This document shows positions 55,555 to 64,000 of a stretch of DNA of 64,000 bases, piece after piece. A program made the translations under genes and the position numbers. This DNA comes from Bigelowiella natans CCMP2755 (lineage: Eukaryota > Protista > Cercozoa). The notes under the pieces were generated by a model. It searched no databases and was not told the origin of the DNA. It saw only the letters and a program-made list of their open reading frames with translations. The stretch lies in assembly GCA_000320545.1 (NCBI GenBank), contig ADNK01000643.1, positions 32,286 through 96,285 of the forward strand, read 5' to 3'. Position 1 is the stretch's first letter, and each line of letters opens with the position of its first letter.

Positions 55555-56149
55555 ACGTGTGTGTGTGTGTGTGTACGTGTGTAATATCAGCCAATTTTAC
55601 TCCGACTTAGTCATAAATGGCCATCGCATGTACACCTTTGAAATGACCTGCTAAGTACAACAAATATAGGCTAGCACAGCTAGACAGCTTTGCCATAATG
55701 CAAATGCGCCAAGACATACACACATGACACACGCTATCCAGCGTACAGCAATTGAGTTGGCGTACATGTACTAGAGTAGCATGCTAGCATGATCACAACC
55801 TTGCGCCCGGAACATGCTGCATGGCGGCACATCGCAACTAACTGGCATGAGATTAACACATTGCGCATGTATGCGGAATGATGGACATGCAATGTGATGC
55901 ATATGTACCATATTGCTGTGTCTATTTTCGGATGTGCGTCTATAAATATGACATCTAGGTATGTGCATCGTGTTTGTTACATGCAACACACAGTACGTAC
56001 GTGTGGACGACAAGCTAGTGCCATTACAACGCACAGCATCTAAGAGTGTGTGTACGTCGTCATTGCTACACACACATGTATATATGTACATATATACATA
56101 TGTGTATGTGTGTGTTGGACCACATTCTGCAATGCAGAAAATACGGACC

Positions 56150-56415
56150 ACAGAGAGACTCAGAATCAACAAACAACTGACGGCCATCATGGATCGCAAC
56201 GATGAGACTACGCGTCTCACAACCGCAGAAAAAGCAACTCGCAAAGCTGCGCGCAAAGCACGACATGCTAGACCAAATCATGATGCATTTTCATGCATGC
56301 AACATGTGACCAAGGAAACAAACAGACACAATTTAAGCGCTGTAGCCGCTGCATTGCACAGCTACATTAGGATGACCATTGAAAAAATTTGAACATTTCA
56401 TTACATCTGTCTCAT
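56150..56415 (+). mobile_element. 3'-end fragment of the same putative retroelement family as 21161-21421
   Basis: Translates KQLTA..RNDET.RLT...F.CM.H...ETNR.N.SA.AAALHSYIRMTIEKI*, followed by attacatctgtctca. Confidence 0.65.
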
Positions 56416-57099
56416 ACATATGTGTTTGCGCATGCTAGCATGCTGCTAGCGCGTGTCTTGACAAAGGGATCCAATTTTGCGCAATCTAGCAATTCTAGAA
56501 TTAAAAATGACACAGGTACAGGGACAATAGACAATAGGGTAGGCTATTATCATTACCTAGTTACGATCACTAAATCAGACAATCTAAGCAATGCGCTTGA
56601 TTATACTGCTTGCAGCGGCGTATGTACGCTAGTACGTACAGCGCTACGTAGTCTAGAAGTCTCAGACGTACACATTGTTGCTGGGAGCAATGTTATATCG
56701 AGAGTAGCATCCGCTGCACATCTAGACAGTCTCGCATTCATTATCATGCTGTCGTCGTGCTAAAGCTGGCAGAGAAATAGCGGAAACAAAATGTCGCAGC
56801 AAATCCCCCAAATCTAGAAATGCGGCATTGCTGCGGCACAAGTTTTAAAGTAAGTTTTTCACTTAAAGTTTGTCGCGGACTTCATACGAGTTCATGTGCT
56901 ACACCTACACTTTCATCATCACACCTCAGTGATAGACGACCTTGGCTGTACTCTGTCTGTCTTTCACCGTTCCTATGCTGAGAAGATTCGATGAAAAGAT
57001 GGTTAATACTGGAGGCGGCTGTTGCTGCCGGCACCAGTCGAGGTTTCGTCCTTTAGCTCCTCTCTTCCTTTAATTCTACTAGTAATAGCCCCTTTATCT

Positions 57100-58185
57100 C
57101 TACCAAGACAGCCCTTGGAATGCATCGTTTTTCTGCTGCTGCTGCTGCTGCTGCTGTTGTTGTGGCTGTTGTTGTGTCATCATCATCGGCTGTTGTTGCA
57201 TGAAAGGGTTATGCGAGGAGGAGACAGGAGGCTGCTGCTGGTACCCACCACCCATCATCGGCTGGTGTTGCTGTTGCTGCATGTAAGGGTTGTACCCCAT
57301 CGTCGGCTGCGGCTGCTGCCGCATCCCCATCATCATTGGTTGCTGCCGCTGCTGCTGCTGCATCATGATGCCCTGCGGCTGGAACCCCCCCCCGTATCCC
57401 ATCTGCGGGTTGTACTGAGGACGCTGAGGTTGGGGTGCGGGTGCCGTCGATCCCCCCCCGAAGAGGGCCTCCAGACCTGCCCCCTTCTGGTCGAAGAACA
57501 CATCTGTTCCCTGTCCTCCCTGCGTCATCTGCGGCTTGCGCTGAGGGGGGGGCTGCGAGGGCTGGCCAAAGGGCAGGTCGATGTTCGATGCCTGCATGTT
57601 TTGCATAGTCGTGCGCTGCTTCTGCTGCGGTTGGGTCCTGCTGAAAGTGGCGCACAGGAAAGAGAGAAAGAAAAAAGGGGGTGGGGGGGAAAAGCGATAG
57701 GACTCAGTGTAGAAGAAGAAGAGGGAGTTCGAAGTCTATCGTCATTGTGGGCCTATCCTCCTCTCCCCCCCCTTCCCTTATCTGTTATTCCACTACTCAC
57801 GGTTCCATGATGTTCCCGAAATTGACGAGGTTGCTGATGGAGTCCTGCTTCTTCTCCGTTGGTTGTCGCGCAAACCCGCCATACTTTCCAGCTAAAATCA
57901 ACCACGACACACACACACACACTATCAGACATGTCTTTAATACAACAAGAGGCTCGGAGGCACTGAGATGACTGTAACGTTATACAGGAGAAAACAAACA
58001 AATATCCGCCGCTTCTGCGTCTTCTGCTGTGTTTGTATTGCAATCGCAACGATGTGTGAAAAATGATGCGTGAAAAATATCGCGCGCGCACACACACACA
58101 CACACATAACACACCTTGAGGAGAGGTTGGTGCTGCACCGCCACCGCCAAGGAAATCGACACTTGCTTGCTTGTTGAATACGGGC

Positions 58186-58220
<35 letters not shown>

Positions 58221-58455
58221 TGCTTGGCCGGCCCCTCCCCCACTGATATCTACAACACTAAACAATGCTGAAAGGCTCCCTCCGGTGTCTACAGCGGCAG
58301 CAGAAGCTGGAAGAAGGTGGTGATGAGAAACGGATACAGTAGTAGTAGTAGTAGTAGTAGTAGCAGCAGCAGATGAAAATCAGAGCTAGTAGCAGTGAAG
58401 AGATGGCCAAGGACAACATATATATACTACAGTGTTGTACTGCTGGCGAATGGCA

Positions 58456-58536
<81 letters not shown>

Positions 58537-58624
58537 TTGCAGAAAAAATCAACTAGATATGAAATATAATTGTGGGTATGTGCGTGCGTGCGTGCGTGCG
58601 TGCGTGCATGTGCATGTGCATGTG

Positions 58625-58681
<57 letters not shown>

Positions 58682-59192
58682 AATATCCTCGTATCCACTA
58701 TATTCGAGCAGGCTCTCCATATAATTAACATCATGATCAGCATCATCGTCATCATAATCGCCATTGTGATCGCCATCATTACCCTGTGGAGCCGGTTCAT
58801 TTACGGGATTGAAGAGTTCCTGTTGCTGCTGCTGCTTCTTCCTACCCTTCTTCGACTTTGCTTTCCTTCCCTTGCTCTTAGCAGGAGGGGCATCGTCAAA
58901 TATGTCCCCACCGCCGGACGTGCCTCCATCATCGCCAAACGGATCTACCGAGGGCTGTTTCTTAGCCCCGCCGCCGGCTTTTGAGAAAGGGTCGTCAGCG
59001 AAGGGGTCTTCCGAGAGCTGCTTTTTTGGCTTGCGCTTTGGTTTCTTTGGGCTGAAAGGATCATCGTCAAAATCATCATCAGCATCATCGTCGTCGTCGA
59101 AGGGGTCGGCAGTCTTCTTTTTCTTTGAGGAAAACGGGTCATCCTCGAAAGTGCCCTTGCTCTCTCTTGCGGGTGGAGACTCCTTCCTATAT

Positions 59193-59243
<51 letters not shown>

Positions 59244-60685
59244 AATTTTTCTATATGTGTATGTGTGTGTGTTTGGGTGCAGATGGCGGTAGGTAGAAAT
59301 TGTATGCATGGCGATATAAAAAATACGATCACGATGGTAGTAACTCTAGCCTCGGTTGTCCGTCCAGACAACGCTTGTACAATCTCCTCCCCCCTCCCTC
59401 GCCCATGCATTCGTTTGCTTGGATTTTCTGTATGATCTTTTTTTGCCTATCTTTCGAACTCAAATTACGGGGGGAGAACAGTGCCATCGTAAACTCTGTC
59501 AACGCCGCCGCCATGTGAGCCGTCACTCGACACGGCAGTATTCTTCACATTTTTAATGCGCTCAGCCGTTTGGCGTTCGCGAAGAAGGCGTTTTTCATCC
59601 GAGACAAGGGTTATGAGAGCTGCAGCTTTCCGCCGAACTACATATAGTGAAGACGATGATGCACGCATGAAAATATCAATCAAGTGGCGGGGTTTGACGT
59701 GCCACCCACTCACATACACCCACACGCACATTAACAGACACGCACATGTACGCAGGAGAAAAATAGGAAATACGCATAATCGAATGCAAGGTATCTTTCT
59801 CCATTGTGGCTGGCTGACTACTACCCGCATATTTACTACGAGAAAAGATCTCTTCTCTTTCAAATCATAATTAATCCCCCCCCGAATATGCGCTTTATAC
59901 ATACATACAACACTACCTTGTCGTGCTCGATCCACGTCGTTTAGTTTTGAACTTCTTGTTTTATAAGATCTAAGGCGATCTATGTCATCGACTCTGTCTT
60001 TCACATCGCGGATGAAGCGATCCGAGCCATTTCTCAGTAGATACTCGATCAAGATCATCGCCTGCAAGAGCCAACCAGGGGTGAATCACATGGCAACAAC
60101 TCATGGAGCAATTTTTGTTTGTTTGTGAAAGCAGCACTACCTTTTGTACATGCAACACATTGCCCTCATCCTTGAGCCTCTTCCACAACATTGCAAATAG
60201 TTTGTTGTACTCTTTGCTGAAAGGAGAAGCAGCGAGTAAGCATTAAGAACCTTATTAACAGCTCTCCTCATTGAACAAGACTTACTGGTCATTTGTAGCC
60301 TTGGCAATCTCAGACATGAGAGTAGTTGTGGCCCCCCAACTGTCGTTGCTTGTGGCCTCACGAACCTTGATCTCAATTTCCTCATACTGGACGACGACGT
60401 TCTTCCTGCGGCCGGCATATCATGGTTGAGCATTCCCGAAAATATGGATACATTCTTTCGAGATACAATATGTGACAATGTGTATTGTCGTACAGTGTCT
60501 AGGCGTGCTGTAAATCCGCCAGGAGGAGGAGGTCAAATTCGCATCATATTTTTTTTTAAAGTTATTCAGACAGGTAATGCCGTATGGACCTCTAGGCTTT
60601 AAAAAAAATAGGGGATCTTTTTTTTTCATTTGTTAGCCTTTAACACTTACAGTCCTCGGACAAGCCCCTTAAAATTGGTTGCCAT
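57100..60685 (-). CDS. ENTH-domain epsin/epsinR-like clathrin adaptor, multi-exon
   Basis: EIKVREATSNDSWGP, MLWKRL, IEYLLRNGSDRF and VRRKAAALITLVSD; multiple DPF motifs (58.8-59.2 kb); Q/M-rich tail with NPF. Confidence 0.92.
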
Positions 60686-61561
60686 GGTGGACACGGGAAG
60701 GCTGAGGAGATGGGGACAGGAATTGTTGTTCGAAGAATTGCAGAGAGCAGATACTCGCGTACATATCTGGTCCAATTTATCGGGATATTTATCCTTTAAG
60801 ACATAATGTAATATATGACGCATCTGAGGTTTGTCCTAGATTCGATGTTCCCTCTGTTCAAATTGCCTCTTTCTTGAGGTCTAAGGTGATTTTTCTGAGG
60901 CAGACTGGCAATTGTAAAAAGCGGGATTTGTGGGCAGTGTCCTACTTTGCACCACATTTTGTCCTAACGACAACTAAATATTTTAGACGTCAACCATGAG
61001 ACGAGAAGTGCACGCAATTGCGACGACAATTCTCTTCGATGTCCTTTGATAAAATATATACGACAACAATTTTTTACTGTCTTTCTATTATTTTCTGACT
61101 TCGACGATCGGCTCCTCTCACCAACTGATCCTGCCACGATTCGCCCACCACCCGCACACCAACCCATCCAACATCCGGGGCCGTCTCCCTTACCCCCGGT
61201 TGTGATTTTGTTGGTGGCCGTGTGGATTCATTTTTCATCCGGACCGCTAGCTCCGTTGTCGCGTTCATTTCGCCCCTCGAATGGTGCGACTTTACATTAG
61301 TGTTGGAGTAAAACAGTTTTTCGGTTCGTTGGATCTTCAATCTAGTAAACAGAACTAATGATGGTCGCGCATTTAGAATTTTGATTCCAATACCTTACAG
61401 CCTGCCTTTGCTCTGGCATAAACGATGTGTAGATGCGTAGCAAATGCAAGACCGAAAGGAGCCGATTCGATTCATTTCCATGTATCACTCAGTTACTTTC
61501 CTTTTCTATATAATCTGTAGATCCTGCTCATCAGCTGATACCCGCTGTCACATATGAAAGA

Positions 61562-62328
61562 ATGGGCATACACAGATGCGCGAGTATCCTTAATTTTCGA
61601 GGAGGTTCTGTTTTAGACTATAGCAAATGGGATGAAATCGACACAGATGATGGACCGGAAGAGAAGGACGCAATTGTCTCTGCAAACAACATCAGAGATC
61701 ATTTGCGAAATTTAGAGCCTGAGCGACTAATGAAGTTTGCGCAGTCGTCGCAGGTAAAGGGTTTTATACATGTGTGGCACACTGAATTTGGTTTTCTATT
61801 TTTCGAAGATCACGCCCACTGATACAGCTAACTTAATCGAAGGCACGTGAGGCGTTGAAAAATCCAAATTTGATGCTGGATATGTTCAAGAATGACCCCG
61901 AGTTTCGCCGGGCAGCTGAACATATGCCCGAATATAGCGAGATGATTGGAAAATTGATGCAGCAGCAGCAAAAATGTGCCAAAGACAAGTGGCGCGATGG
62001 ATTCTACAACCTTACGGAAAAACAGATGCTTCGAAACTTAACGATGGGAAAGAAAATACTTGGCTCCAAATCACGGAATCGACCGACGTTATCCAGTCAG
62101 CAAGGGCCACCCCATGGTCTTCCAACAAGCCACGACAAGGCCCAAGAAACTGTTAAAAATATAGAAGCAATAGCACCCGAGCACGTCGACTTAATGCTAA
62201 ATCGGATTCGCGGAGATGATGATGTATTATCTACAACCCCACAGAGCAGAAGCAAAAGACTTGAAGTTCAGTCCAAGTTAAGAGAGTGGGCTGCTAAGAC
62301 AAGCGATCACATGGACATCCTTGACTGA
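61562..62328 (+). CDS. Hypothetical co-chaperone-like protein (DYSKWD motif plus STI1/DP-like helices); 5' end uncertain
   Basis: LDYSKWDEIDTDD, then ALKNPNLMLDMFKNDPEF...MPEYSEMI; one intron ~61754-61842. Confidence 0.5.
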
Positions 62329-63279
62329 ATGAAGACACAAGCAAGATCTGAAAACGGAACGCTCGCTTGTTGTATACCCCGTGGCTACACTAGTCAGACA
62401 CAACGTATTATTATGCTCTATAGATTACATTTTACCCTCTTTAGTATAACACTATGTCTACAGTGTAGCATGGCACCCAACGTACAAGCACTACGATGCA
62501 TGCTTTGACATCGGAGCCACGCATCCATATATCAACTATACAACGTGATCTAGGTGGTGTATATCACGCCATGATGCATGTAAGAGCATAAGAGCCCCCG
62601 TGAACTTGGGTACACGGGGCTCTTACGCATGTAAATGGCGCACGTGCCTTGTATGATGGCGAAGATGATGAAGAATCAACTGTCACATCACATGGCTCAT
62701 GATCTCATGATAGCAGCCCGTTGCGATTATGCCAAGACGTACGTTCTTGTACCACACATACAGCAGCTGACTTCTGCGCTATACCAGCCGTACAACGAAG
62801 TGTAGTACACGCTAGATACGCCACGCTGCTGCCTGCAGAAACTAATATGGGCAGGCTTTGTGATCACATGCATTTGCATGGACAGTATCTGCAAGCTGCA
62901 TTCTAGCATTGGCCGAAAATATTCTCTCAGACATAACATGTTCCCTTTTTTAAAATTTAGATATTAGACTGCTATGATAATTATCAATCACTGCTGCAAG
63001 CACTACATACACGTGTTCGCGTACAAATAAAGTGTGCAGATAGCTTCTTTACTCCTCCTCCTCCTCCTCCGCCTGTCCGTTACTCTACGCTAGACTATTT
63101 TTTCAGTGAGAATATGCGATCTGCAAATCCTGCAAATCCCACCCCCAGTAACGGTAACAGTTAACAAAATTATAATAAACACAACTACCCCGCAGTTTGT
63201 TTACACGCCCACTCCTTCGTTTGATACAAGTGCTGCGACTTCGACTTACTGCTCTTCCCGTTGTATGGGAAGGGGAAGG

Positions 63280-63790
63280 CTACATTGATGGCTTCAGCTG
63301 CTCCCCATCCGTGGCACCGCCGCTGTGCTTACTCTCCACCTCCTCCTCTTCCTTGATGAGCTTCGAGGTCTCACGAATTGTACGGATGTCCTCGATCGTG
63401 GCTTGGATGGAGCCCTTCGCTACGTCGATCACCTTCTTGGTTCCGTCCGTCAGCTTCATGATGGGTTTTCTGAGCGGTGCGGGGTAGTACATCAGGTGAT
63501 TCATGTACGCGCCCGCGAAGTTGGGCGGGTCGTTGATACTGTCCCTGGTGCGGTTATAGCGTGCCTCGATCGCCTCCTTTGGGATGGGGATGCCGCGCCA
63601 CGCCACGGCGATCGTGGCGCCCATGAGGGCGACCCACACGACGCTGATCGCCGGCGGCACGCGCACGGCGTAATCGGAGAAGTGGAGCTTCGCCAGCAGG
63701 AAACCCAGTGCCGAGCTCTTCATCGACGTCTCTATGCCGCCAGTGCGCGATGTTATCTCGTCCTGACGGAACAGCCGCATCATCCAGTAC
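63280..63790 (-). CDS. Last exon of a bile acid:sodium symporter (BASS2-like); rest of gene outside window
   Basis: SRTGGIETSMKSSALGFLLAKLHF....RVPPAISVVWVALMG matches the BASS C-terminal motif. Confidence 0.8.
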
Positions 63791-63860
63791 CTAGAAGTTG
63801 GTGGGAGTATAGCGGTAGCATTAGGCGATAGGAAAAGGGGGGAATCCCAATTGGGGACAA

Positions 63861-63892
<32 letters not shown>

Positions 63893-64000
63893 TACTACCA
63901 CAACAACACATACGTGCGTCTATATGTATATGAATATATACATCTAGGTCGAAAACACGAGATTCCTTATATCTATCGACTATTGATCATTTTCTAAATC

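Noticed and set aside
57022-57810. 262-aa Leu-rich + strand ORF
   Set aside because: Antisense shadow of the Gln-rich epsin tail.

Overview
Eukaryotic nuclear DNA: intron-rich genes with mainly GT-AG introns full of microsatellites, separated by short repeat-derived intergenic blocks. A signal+transit-type leader on GalE and a BASS-type symporter suggest an alga with a complex plastid, possibly a chlorarachniophyte (inference only). About 17 protein genes are visible: class-V PLP enzyme, paraoxonase-like lactonase, PARG, bromodomain protein, Rab18, O-methyltransferase, NDUFAF4-like, R3H-DEAH helicase, tandem DUF3431 protein, a large orphan gene, secreted Cu/Zn-SOD, an orphan membrane protein, MFS transporter, GalE, ENTH/epsin, an STI1-like protein and a BASS symporter. 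The main signal is non-coding. Several intergenic domains (5.5-6.35, 9.66-10.95 and 24.7-25.75 kb, partially elsewhere) have lost almost every TpA dinucleotide while keeping CpG, and the survivors are mostly in CTAG. One domain holds a dead copy of the neighbouring paraoxonase-like gene in which TA became TG or CA, which gives the direction of change. This points to a targeted A:T->G:C hypermutation of intergenic/repeat DNA, the reverse of fungal RIP. All counts and alignments were made by eye and exon boundaries are approximate.
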